This document shows, piece by piece, positions 8,082 to 16,095 of a DNA stretch of 22,633 nt. This stretch comes from an uncultured virus (IMG/VR IMGVR_UViG_3300044637_002122) (lineage: Duplodnaviria > Heunggongvirae > Uroviricota > Caudoviricetes). The stretch lies in the IMG/VR virus record IMGVR_UViG_3300044637_002122. The stretch is one strand, 5' to 3'. The notes beneath the pieces were generated by a model. That model made no database searches. It worked only from the letters and a program-made list of their open reading frames with translations, and had not been told where the DNA came from. A program made the position numbers and the translations under genes. How positions within the stretch are numbered: the stretch's first letter is position 1; each line of letters begins with the position of its first letter.

Positions 8082-9343
8082 CGTCCGTTGCGAACCGCGC
8101 AGTGCACGCGCATCCGCCGATGGCGGGCTCCTTGTGGGGATGCTGGGTCCCTAAGTGCACACCAGCGGGCTCTGACAAAGCCAAGGCGGTAGGACCGCTC
8201 AGAGCAGCCTCAAGGGTTGCCCAGCCGGGTGGAAAGCCCGACACCCTCTCGGCTTGCCATGGCCCGCGGAGGCCCAGCGAGAGTTGCGACAATCGCCGGC
8301 TCTGAAGCGGGTATCAACGTGGCAAGCCGAGAGGGTGACGCGTCAAGTGCCGGGAACCGTAAGATCAGGTCCGGCTGCAAAAACGCATGGGCTACCTCGA
8401 CGCGCCCCTCAACGAGACCAGCCCGGTGGCCCCGGGATACTGCAGTCATGTCCGCAGACTGCAGGAAGTGAATCAGGCGTAGCTGCCTGTACGAAAAATG
8501 CGGATGGTGTTGGCGCTGCGCCAACAGAGGATGCAAGTTGCGTGGAGCCTGATGGCGTTGAAGCGATGACAGCGACGCAGCACTATCAACGGAACTTTTA
8601 AGACGGCCTGCCGTCAGACAGGAGCAGCGGCAACACGCAGTCTGCCAGCATGAGCTGTGGCGCCCTTCGGTGGGCAGCGCCCGAAAGGGTGGCCTAGCGA
8701 GCAACAGCGCAAGAACATCTGCGTGACCACCCCGGGAGAGTAGCGGGGACTTTCAGATCATCCGGGGCCGCAATTTCTAAGCGCGCGGCAAACAGCAAGT
8801 AAGCGCCTGTTGGACTCAGGCGGGAAGAGTGCAGATCGTCGGGCATGCGGCAGTGAAATGCGGCTCGGCGACTAGGGGCCGCCCTATGTAGCGGCACCCC
8901 GGAGTGGCGCCCGGGCGGATGATCTGAGGGTGGACCGGGGTAGTGACCCGGCGCTGAAGCAGTAGGCGGCTCCGAGGCCTGTGTAAGTACTGGAGCACTG
9001 GCGCGATCACAAAGCGCTTCCACCCTCAACTTTCAGATCAGCGGCGACGCTTGCGCCACACAGGAACGAATGCAGCCCTACTCCACAGTGAACCTGTGGG
9101 CTGCCCGCTGATCTGAGAGTCGCACAGTAAGTGCGGTGCCGCGGGAAACCGGCCGCGCGCGTTGAGCGCGTCGTGCCAGAAGGCCCTCCTTCACAACGGG
9201 GGCGGACGAATGGACACAGGCGGATCGGAGCCAGCTCCCTGCGACTCTCAACCATCAGGCGTGCGCCCGTCTCGGAAAGGGCCAGCAGCGATGCGCAACC
9301 TCCGGCGCTACCCCGGAGCCGTGATGCTCGGGTGCACGCCTGA
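8082..9343 (+). ncRNA. large structured non-coding RNA, or array of RNA modules, of unknown family
   Basis: No convincing ORF; successive 10-20 bp closing helices with G-U pairs on the + strand enclosing multibranch hairpins. Confidence 0.65.
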
Positions 9344-9434
9344 GGGTGCGTAGTTTCAGCGGGAGAACCCGAGCGGTGAGCCGCGGCTCATGTCATGCAC
9401 GGAGACGGTGGTTCGAATCCATCCGCACCCACCA
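9344..9434 (+). tRNA. atypical tRNA-like element with expanded anticodon loop (identity undetermined)
   Basis: Acceptor GGGTGCG/CGCACCC plus A-CCA; D arm GTTT/GAAC; T arm GGTGG-TTCGAAT-CCATC; 22-nt anticodon loop. Confidence 0.7.
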
Positions 9435-9485
9435 TCAAACAACAGGAGACAGACATGCGATTGTGACCAACTACCGGAGCAATCC

Positions 9486-9683
9486 ATGTCTCGCACAACG
9501 CACCACCACCGTCGCCGCTTTACCGAGCGCGGCCACGGCCTGTGGCACCACTTCTGCGACGAAGTGCCGGCGCGCGCCAAGTCCAGGGCGCTCGAGCGCC
9601 TGGCGGTTCGCACGCAGGACCTAGACGATGTCGACGCGGTGCGCTGGCCCCGCGGCCGCAAGCCGTTTTCGTACTACTACTGA
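9486..9683 (+). CDS. hypothetical basic protein
   Basis: GGAG RBS; MSRTTHHHRRR...PFSYYY. Confidence 0.65.
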   Translation: MSRTTHHHRRRFTERGHGLWHHFCDEVPARAKSRALERLAVRTQDLDDVDAVRWPRGRKPFSYYY

Positions 9684-9686
9684 CGC

Positions 9687-9959
9687 ATGCCCAAGTCATC
9701 CCCCGCCAAGCTGAGCAGCCAAGCCGAGCGCAACGCCCGCCCCGAAGAGGTGGCCAAGCGCGTGGCCTACAACCGCAACCGCCGGGAGGCGATCGCCGAG
9801 GGGCGGGTGAAGGTCGGCGACGGCAAGGAGCTGGACCACAAGAAGCCGCTCGACAAGGGCGGCGCCGACACGCGGAGCAACCTGCGCGCGGTGGACGCCA
9901 GCACCAACCGCGCGTGGCGCCGCAGCCACCCCGAGATGTACACCAAGGCAAAGAAGTAG
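9687..9959 (+). CDS. small HNH endonuclease-like protein
   Basis: ELDHKKPLDKGG....SNLR......NR. Confidence 0.75.
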   Translation: MPKSSPAKLSSQAERNARPEEVAKRVAYNRNRREAIAEGRVKVGDGKELDHKKPLDKGGADTRSNLRAVDASTNRAWRRSHPEMYTKAKK

Positions 9960-9970
9960 GGTTTGTCCTG

Positions 9971-9998
9971 ATGCAACAACACTTTGTTGTTGCAGAAT
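9971..9998 (+). promoter_or_regulatory. operator CAAC-N5-GTTG in a putative promoter
   Basis: CAACACTTTGTTG 9977-9989 inside the palindrome GCAACAACA-CTT-TGTTGTTGC; CAGAAT -10-like at 9993-9998. Confidence 0.55.
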
Positions 9999-10022
9999 GA
10001 GGGCTTCGCAACAGGAGCCCGC

Positions 10023-10205
10023 ATGAGCATCTTCACCCACCTCCTCGCACTCTGGGTCGGCGTCTGCGTCGGCTTCGGCTTGTTCGCCATCCTGGCTGCC
10101 GGCCGCCGCGCCGACGATGCCGCCGACGGCGCTGCGCGCGCCATCGAGGCCGACCGCGAGTGGTTCAAGCACGCCACCCGCACCCGCTCGCGCGGCCCGG
10201 GCTAA
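10023..10205 (+). CDS. small membrane protein
   Basis: AGGAG RBS; hydrophobic LLALWVGVCVGFGLFAILAAG. Confidence 0.7.
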   Translation: MSIFTHLLALWVGVCVGFGLFAILAAGRRADDAADGAARAIEADREWFKHATRTRSRGPG

Positions 10206-10213
10206 ATTACTTG

Positions 10214-10241
10214 TTGCGTTCCCAACAACTGGTTGTACAAT
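10214..10241 (+). promoter_or_regulatory. sigma70-type promoter with operator in the spacer
   Basis: TTGCGT, 16 nt, TACAAT; CAACAACTGGTTG at 10223-10235. Confidence 0.65.
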
Positions 10242-10268
10242 TCGTTGTCGCAACAAGGAGTCCAACAC

Positions 10269-11516
10269 ATGGAAGTCGCTCAAGACGCCGCCGCAGAGGT
10301 GGCCACCGAAGTCGTCGATTCGCAGCCCGGCGGGCAGCTGGACATCAAGCGCCTGAACCTCACCGACCTGGCGCTGGCGCAGTTCGGGGACTGGCAGTCC
10401 GCGGTCTCGTCGGTCAAGACCAGCCTGGCGGCGACGGTCATGGATCTGTCCAACGCCTCCCGCATCGACGAAGCGAAGAGCCTGCGCTGGCGCCTGGTCG
10501 GACAGCCGCGCGCAGACGTGCGCCGCATCAGCAAGGACCTCAAGTCCAAGCTGGCCGCGACAAGCAAGTCCATCGGCCAGGCCGAGGAGCAGATCGTGGC
10601 GGCCTACGACGAGGCCGAGCAACTCATCACCCCGCGCATCGAGGCCGCAGAGGCTGAGATCGAGCGCGTGCGCCGCGAGAAGGAGGAGGCCGAGCGCGCT
10701 CGCGTGGCGGCCATCCGCGAGAAGATCAACACGATCTTCGCGCAGCCCGCGGCCTGCGTCGGCCTGCCGTCCGGCGAGATCGAGCTGTCGATCGTCGGCG
10801 TCGAGGTCGTGGCCGCCGACAAGGCATCCTTTGAGGAGTTCCAGGCCGAGGCTGAGGCCGCCGCCGGGGTGGTGCTGGCGAAGCTCCGCGCCATGCTCGA
10901 GGCCGCCCGGGCGGCAGAGGCCGAGGCCGAGCGCCTGCGCCTGGAGGCCGAGCGCCTGGCCGCCGAGCGCGCCGAGCTCGAGCGCCAGCGCGCCGAGCTT
11001 GCCGCCGCGCAGGCCGCAGCCAAGGCCGCCGAAGAGGCCGCTGCGGCGGCGCGGCGCGCCCAGGAGGAGGCGGCGGCGGCCGAGGCCAAGCGCATCGAAG
11101 GCGAGCGCCTGGCCGCCGAAGAGGCCGCGCGCCGCGAGATCGAAGAGCGCCGACTGGCCGCAGAGCGCGAAGCCCAGGCCCAGCGCGACCAGCTGGCCGC
11201 CGAGCGCGCCGAGCTGCGCCGCCGCGAGGAAGAGATCGAAGCTCAGGCCCGCGCGCGCCAGGAGGAAATCGATCGCCAAGAGTCCGAGCGCCTCGAGGTC
11301 CTGCGCAAGGCCGCCCAGGAAGACGCCTTCGCCGCCGAGCGCGCGGCCGCCGCTGCGCAGGCCGCCACCGAGCCCGCGCAGAAGGTGCGCCCGGCGGACG
11401 CCACCATCACCGCCGCCATGGCCAAGGCCTTCAAGGTCGAGCCGATGGTGGCCGCCGAGTGGCTGGGCTCGTACGACGCGATGGCCGAGATCGAGCGCAT
11501 CAAGTCCTCGTCCTGA
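10269..11516 (+). CDS. long coiled-coil protein of the recombination module
   Basis: AAGGAG RBS; Ala/Glu/Arg-rich helical repeats; position upstream of the annealing protein. Confidence 0.75.
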   Translation: MEVAQDAAAEVATEVVDSQPGGQLDIKRLNLTDLALAQFGDWQSAVSSVKTSLAATVMDLSNASRIDEAKSLRWRLVGQPRADVRRISKDLKSKLAATSKSIGQAEEQIVAAYDEAEQLITPRIEAAEAEIERVRREKEEAERARVAAIREKINTIFAQPAACVGLPSGEIELSIVGVEVVAADKASFEEFQAEAEAAAGVVLAKLRAMLEAARAAEAEAERLRLEAERLAAERAELERQRAELAAAQAAAKAAEEAAAAARRAQEEAAAAEAKRIEGERLAAEEAARREIEERRLAAEREAQAQRDQLAAERAELRRREEEIEAQARARQEEIDRQESERLEVLRKAAQEDAFAAERAAAAAQAATEPAQKVRPADATITAAMAKAFKVEPMVAAEWLGSYDAMAEIERIKSSS

Positions 11517-11536
11517 ACACCAACAAGGAGATCAGC

Positions 11537-12349
11537 ATGTCTGAAATTCTCGAGCTGGAGCCTCAGCAAGGCCCATCCGGAGCCACCCCCCAAGGGCAGC
11601 TCGCCACACAAGCCGCCAGCCCCGCTGTGCTACTGCAGATCGCAGTGGCGCAGGGTGCGGACCTCGATCGTCTGGAGCGCCTGATGGCGCTGCAAGAGCG
11701 GTGGGAGGCCAACGAGGCCAAGAAGGCCTTCGACGATGGCATGGCCGCGTTCAAGGGCGAGGCCGTGGAGATCATCAAGCGCAAGCTCGTCGACTTCACG
11801 ACGCAGAAGGGGCGCACGACCTACAAGCACGCCGAACTGTCGGACGTGGTTGAAGCCGTCGCCGGCCCGCTGTCCAAGCACGGCTTCTCGTGGAAGTGGT
11901 CCATGAAGCAGGAGCGCGACTGGCTCGAGGTGACCTGCGTGCTGACGCACAAGGCCGGGCACAGCGAGTCGGTGACGCTCGGCGCTGCGCCGGACCAGAG
12001 CGGCGGCAAGAACAGCATCCAGGCCGTCATCAGCACCAAGACCTACCTCGAGCGGCACACGCTCAAGGCCATCACTGGCGTCGCCGAGAAGGGCGATGAC
12101 GACGACGGCCAGGGCGCGGAGCCGTTGCCGGATCCGCTGGAGGTGTGGTCTGGGCGAGCGGCCCTGGCGCAGACGATCGAGGAGCTCCAGGCGGTCTCTC
12201 GCGACGGCCAAAAGCACTTCCGCGGTGCCGGCGACGTCGAGGCCTACAAGCTCTTCGCGAGCGCCGTGCAGGCTCGCGGGGCCGCCCTGCGCGCCGCCGA
12301 GGCCGCACAGCCCAGCGCCTCTGCCGGCGTCGCCGGGGGGCAGCAATGA
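11537..12349 (+). CDS. ERF-family single-strand annealing protein
   Basis: ADLDRLERLM.LQERWE...YKHAEL..V...V...LSKHG...VTC.L.H.AGHSE...KNSIQA..S..TY.ER.TL. Confidence 0.85.
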   Translation: MSEILELEPQQGPSGATPQGQLATQAASPAVLLQIAVAQGADLDRLERLMALQERWEANEAKKAFDDGMAAFKGEAVEIIKRKLVDFTTQKGRTTYKHAELSDVVEAVAGPLSKHGFSWKWSMKQERDWLEVTCVLTHKAGHSESVTLGAAPDQSGGKNSIQAVISTKTYLERHTLKAITGVAEKGDDDDGQGAEPLPDPLEVWSGRAALAQTIEELQAVSRDGQKHFRGAGDVEAYKLFASAVQARGAALRAAEAAQPSASAGVAGGQQ

Positions 12350-13059
12350 GGCCCCTCAAGCTGCGCGCCTCCTCGGTCGGCAAGATCATGACCGAGCCCA
12401 AGACGCCGAAGGAGGGCCCGCTCTCCGTTGGCGCCAAGACCTACATTCGCCAGCTCTCCGCGCAGGACATCCTCGGGATCGCGTTCGAGATCTCCAGCAA
12501 GGAGATGGAGAAGGGCATCCTCGTCGAGGATGAGGCGATCGCGACCGTCGGCAGGGTCAAGGGCCTTGATCTGCGCAAGAACTCCGAGCGCCGAGAGGAC
12601 GAGTTCTTCACCGGCGAGTGCGACGTCTTCCACGCGCCGACGCGCGAGGGGCGGGACACGAAGTGCGCCTGGTCGGCGGCCACGTTCCCCATCTCCATCG
12701 TCGACTGCGAGGACAAGGCCTACGAGTACCAGATGCGGACCTACATGCGCCTCTGGGATGCGCCGCGCTGGCACGTCGACTACGTGCTGGTCGACACGCC
12801 GGCCGACCTGATTCGCTACGAGCCGCTTGCTCTGCACATCGTCAGCCACATTCCGGAACATCACCGCGTTACGACGTGGACGGTGACGCGCGACCTCGAG
12901 ATCGAAGCGCGGATGGTCGAGAAGGTGAAGGCGGCGCGGCTGTACTACGCCGAGGTCGTTGCCGAGTTCGATCGCACGCACAGGACGGCGGCTGCCGCCA
13001 AGGAAGAGCTGCTCCGCCAGGCGGAGGCGAGGCTCGCTGCGACGATGGCGCCCGGCTGA
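12346..13059 (+). CDS. YqaJ / lambda-exonuclease-like protein
   Basis: RASSVGKIMT, MEKG..VED, TGECD...DTKC.W, YEYQ...YM.L. Confidence 0.8.
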   Translation: MRPLKLRASSVGKIMTEPKTPKEGPLSVGAKTYIRQLSAQDILGIAFEISSKEMEKGILVEDEAIATVGRVKGLDLRKNSERREDEFFTGECDVFHAPTREGRDTKCAWSAATFPISIVDCEDKAYEYQMRTYMRLWDAPRWHVDYVLVDTPADLIRYEPLALHIVSHIPEHHRVTTWTVTRDLEIEARMVEKVKAARLYYAEVVAEFDRTHRTAAAAKEELLRQAEARLAATMAPG

Positions 13060-13168
13060 AATTTGCGGCCAAGGTGCGCGAACTGGAGAACTTTTTCCGC
13101 GCACCCTTCTCCAAGGACAAGCTGCTGGCGGCCGCCTAGCAGCGTTTCAACCACAGACGAAAGGCAAC

Positions 13169-13351
13169 ATGACCAAGACCACCACCCCGCGCCTGAAGAA
13201 GGGCGCAGCCGTGAACTACCGCGCGCGCAAGACCACCGGCTCCGGCAAGATCGCCGCCGTGCGCGACACGGCGCGCGGCCCGTGGTACGACGTGAAGACC
13301 AGCGACGGCAAGACCGTCAGCTGCCGCGCAGGCCAGCTGGAGCTGGTGTGA
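13169..13351 (+). CDS. small basic beta-rich (SH3/Tudor-like) protein
   Basis: AAAGG RBS; LKKG..V.Y......SGKI......GPWYDVK. Confidence 0.65.
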   Translation: MTKTTTPRLKKGAAVNYRARKTTGSGKIAAVRDTARGPWYDVKTSDGKTVSCRAGQLELV

Positions 13352-13524
13352 ACGGCCGGCGGGCGAAGGCGCTCCGCCGTATGGCGGAAGACATGACCCC
13401 GCCGGCATTCCCCGATCGCGACATCGTCGCGAGTCCTGGCAGCAGGACGACGGCCTGGAACTCGCCGCGCTCAGAGCGTGGTGCGTACCGGGCCCTCAAG
13501 AAGGCCGACCGGCGCATCAAGTAA
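13348..13524 (+). CDS. hypothetical basic protein
   Basis: GTGA overlap; [10 protein letters not shown]...RGAYRALKK. Confidence 0.6.
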   Translation: MNGRRAKALRRMAEDMTPPAFPDRDIVASPGSRTTAWNSPRSERGAYRALKKADRRIK

Positions 13525-13540
13525 CCACACGGGAATCAAC

Positions 13541-14041
13541 ATGTCATCTGTGAACAAGGTCATCGTCGTCGGCTACGCCGGCAAGGACGCCGAGACGCGG
13601 TACGCGCCCAGCGGCTCCGCCATCACGAACGCAACCATCGCCACCAGCCGCAGCTGGAAGGACAAGACCACCGGCGAGAAGCAGGAAGAAACCGAGTGGC
13701 ATCGCATCGTCTTCTACGACCGCTTGGCCGAGATCGCCGGCGAGTACATCAAGAAGGGTCAGCTCGCTTACGTCGAGGGCCGCCTGAAGACGCGCAAGTG
13801 GACCGACAAGGACGGCGTCGAGAAGTACACCACCGAGATCATCGCCGACCAGCTGCGCCTGCTGGGCGGCCGCGGCGAGCGCTCCGACGCCGGCGGCGAT
13901 CAGCGCGGCGGCCATAGCGCTGCGCCCGCGCCGCGTGGTGCGCCGCAGACCCGCGGCGCGGCGCCCTCGCCTGCGCCGCGCCAGGCGCCGCAGCGTGGTG
14001 GGCACGCGTTCGACGACATCGACAACGACATCCCTTTCTAG
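13541..14041 (+). CDS. ssb: single-stranded DNA-binding protein
   Basis: SVNKVIVVG...TEWHRIV..., [14 protein letters not shown], acidic tail DDIDNDIPF. Confidence 0.95.
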   Translation: MSSVNKVIVVGYAGKDAETRYAPSGSAITNATIATSRSWKDKTTGEKQEETEWHRIVFYDRLAEIAGEYIKKGQLAYVEGRLKTRKWTDKDGVEKYTTEIIADQLRLLGGRGERSDAGGDQRGGHSAAPAPRGAPQTRGAAPSPAPRQAPQRGGHAFDDIDNDIPF

Positions 14042-14217
14042 AGCGGGTCCGCCGACTCTTCTACCACCCAGAGTCGGACTGCTACATCGAGTCTCGAGAC
14101 GCACAAGAGTGCGCCGAGCTCGAGGTTGCTGACAGCGGCCTAGTCGTCGAGGTGACGGGCATCGACCACCACGAACACGAGCACAGCCGGCGCGCCGGCA
14201 GAAAGAAGGAGATGTGA
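14032..14217 (+). other. putative -1 frameshift site and start-less 59-codon extension of ssb
   Basis: C_CCT_TTC heptamer immediately before TAG; downstream hairpin; -1 frame open to a TGA that overlaps the next start. Confidence 0.55.
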
Positions 14218-14801
14218 GCATCACGCAAGAGGCCCCGCGGGGCCGCCTGATCGCGCTGTGCGGGCTGAAGACCGCGGGCAAGAGCGTCGTCGCCGAGCAG
14301 CTGACTGCCAACCTGCCGGCCGGCCGCGTCCGGTTCTCTGGCCCCCTCAAGGACATGCTCCGCGTGCTGGGCCTGAACGACGCCGAGATCGAGGGCCACC
14401 TCAAGGAGGAGTCGAGCGACAAGCTCTGCGGCCAGACGCCCCGACACGCGATGGTCACCCTCGGCACCGAATGGGGTCGCGAGATGATCGGAGAAGACAT
14501 CTGGGTGCGCGCCTGGGAGAACTCCGTCAAGGCGCACCTGGCCAACGGCGTCGACATCATCACCGAGGACCTGCGCTTCGAGAACGAGTACGAGGCCGTG
14601 CGCCGGCTGGGCGGCATGGTCATCCGCATCGAGCGCCCGGGCTTGGTTGCGAGCGATCACCCGAGCGAGCAGTTCGCGCAGTCGATGATCGCCGACACCG
14701 TGGTGCACAACGACGGCGATCTCAAGACGCTGCAGACCTATTCGCGCACCCGGCTCATCGCGGAGATCGGGGGCTTCTTCTCGCTGGGCCCGCTCGCATG
14801 A
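14214..14801 (+). CDS. deoxynucleoside monophosphate kinase
   Basis: P-loop G...AGKS, FSGPLK.ML, TPR.AM.TLGTEWGR, DLRFENE. Confidence 0.9.
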   Translation: MSITQEAPRGRLIALCGLKTAGKSVVAEQLTANLPAGRVRFSGPLKDMLRVLGLNDAEIEGHLKEESSDKLCGQTPRHAMVTLGTEWGREMIGEDIWVRAWENSVKAHLANGVDIITEDLRFENEYEAVRRLGGMVIRIERPGLVASDHPSEQFAQSMIADTVVHNDGDLKTLQTYSRTRLIAEIGGFFSLGPLA

Positions 14802-15358
14802 AGTCAGACGACCACCTCTACGAGGGTCGCGTCGGCGACTGGATGCGGACGCGGTCTGGCGGCCGGTTCTACCCGCAGGACGTCAGGCCAGGCGACATCA
14901 AGCCGCTCGACATCGCATCCGGCTTGGCGCGCGAGTGCCGCTACGGCGGCCAGATCAGCGGCTGGTTCACGGTGGCAGAGCACAGCATCCTTGTGGCGGG
15001 CCTGCTGCCGCCGCATCTGCGCTTCGCTGGCCTGATGCACGACGCACCGGAGGGCCTGATCAGGGACATGACGCGCCCCAACAAGCGCGCCCTCCCCGAC
15101 TACCAGAAGCTGGAGGACGAAGTCTGGGCGGCCATCGCGGCGACTTACGGCCTCGACCTCGAGCTCGACCCACTCATCAAGCAGGCCGACAACGACGTGC
15201 TTCTCGCCGAGCGCAGCGTGTTCTACCCCAACGACTACACCAAGTGGGACATCCGCGGCACCGCGGCCGATGTCGAGATCCGTCAGCTCAACCCCTGGGA
15301 GGCCGAGTCGGCCTTCCTCAACCTCTTCCACGAACTCACAGAAGGAGCTTTCAAGTGA
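14798..15358 (+). CDS. HD-domain phosphohydrolase (YfbR-like)
   Basis: DIA.GLA..CRYGG....FTVAEHS, LMHDAPE....D...P.K, KQAD. Confidence 0.85.
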   Translation: MKSDDHLYEGRVGDWMRTRSGGRFYPQDVRPGDIKPLDIASGLARECRYGGQISGWFTVAEHSILVAGLLPPHLRFAGLMHDAPEGLIRDMTRPNKRALPDYQKLEDEVWAAIAATYGLDLELDPLIKQADNDVLLAERSVFYPNDYTKWDIRGTAADVEIRQLNPWEAESAFLNLFHELTEGAFK

Positions 15359-16095
15359 CGTCAGATGGCGTCGCCTCGTCGGATGGGGCGCGGCGGCAGA
15401 GCCGTCTGCTCAAGTCATCGGATGAAGCCATGCTTGGCCGCAGGTTTGGCCGACTTGCTGTTGTGGAGCGCGCGGTTGGCGGCGGGAAACAAGACAGATG
15501 GTGGTGCGCCTGCGACTGCGGTGGCGAAACGGTGTCTTTTGGTTTCTCCCTAAGGGGAGGTCAGTCCAAGTCCTGTGGTTGCGTGGCGGCCGAGAAAGCA
15601 AAGCAGAGGTGGTCTGATCCGGCGACGAGGGCGCAACTGCTGGCCTCCTTGCCAACACCCAAGATCAAGCGCCACAGCATGTCAAAGCACCAAGCATATG
15701 GCGCTTGGTCGGGCATGAAACAGCGTTGCCTCAACAAGAAGAACGAGTGGTATCCGGAGTACGGTGGCCGCGGCATTGGCATCGACGAGCGCTGGATGTC
15801 ATTCGATGCCTTCTGGGAGGACATGGGCCCTTCGTGGCGAGCGGGAATGAGTCTTGGCAGGGTAGACAATGGCCGTGGCTACAACAAAGAAAACTGCCGC
15901 TGGGAAACGAGTGCGCAGCAAATGTCAAACACGCGAGCAAACGTGTACATCGCGACGCCGCTTGGTCACATGACACTCTCCGAGGCGGCTCGCACCTATC
16001 GACTGTCGCCAGGCTGCATCAAGTACAGGATGTCTGTCGGCATGAAAGACGAAGACCTAATTAAACCATCGCAAAGGAAGAACCATGACCAGTAG
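15355..16095 (+). CDS. HNH homing-endonuclease-like protein
   Basis: GRRFGRL.V, C.CDCG...KSCGC, MKQRC.N....Y..YGGRGI, R.DN..GY...NCRW; lower GC than neighbours. Confidence 0.85.
   Translation: MTSDGVASSDGARRQSRLLKSSDEAMLGRRFGRLAVVERAVGGGKQDRWWCACDCGGETVSFGFSLRGGQSKSCGCVAAEKAKQRWSDPATRAQLLASLPTPKIKRHSMSKHQAYGAWSGMKQRCLNKKNEWYPEYGGRGIGIDERWMSFDAFWEDMGPSWRAGMSLGRVDNGRGYNKENCRWETSAQQMSNTRANVYIATPLGHMTLSEAARTYRLSPGCIKYRMSVGMKDEDLIKPSQRKNHDQ

Noticed and set aside
8850..8862. GCAGTGAAATGCG resembling the 16S rRNA 690 loop or a group II intron motif
   Set aside because: About 13 nt only; flanks do not match rRNA or intron domain V.
8749..9120. ACTTTCAGATCA and TGATCTGAG repeats as a CRISPR array or IS ends
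   Set aside because: Only two copies of each, irregular spacing, no cas or transposase gene; they pair as RNA helices.
8082..9343. Hammerhead ribozyme cores in the array
   Set aside because: No CTGATGA...GAAA core in the right stem context found by eye; other ribozyme classes cannot be excluded without covariance models.
7994..9353. Short ORFs in the structured region (8210-8704, 8254-8601, 8694-9029 and others)
   Set aside because: No RBS, atypical codon and amino-acid composition; the pairing pattern explains the sequence better.
9696..11279. 527-aa - strand ORF and similar long antisense ORFs (11630-12346, 12244-13104, 13544-14629, 21177-22211)
   Set aside because: Shadow frames of GC3-rich genes on the opposite strand; no RBS or domain motifs.
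10900..11400. GCCGAG-rich repeats
   Set aside because: They encode the Ala/Glu/Arg coiled coil and are not an independent DNA repeat.
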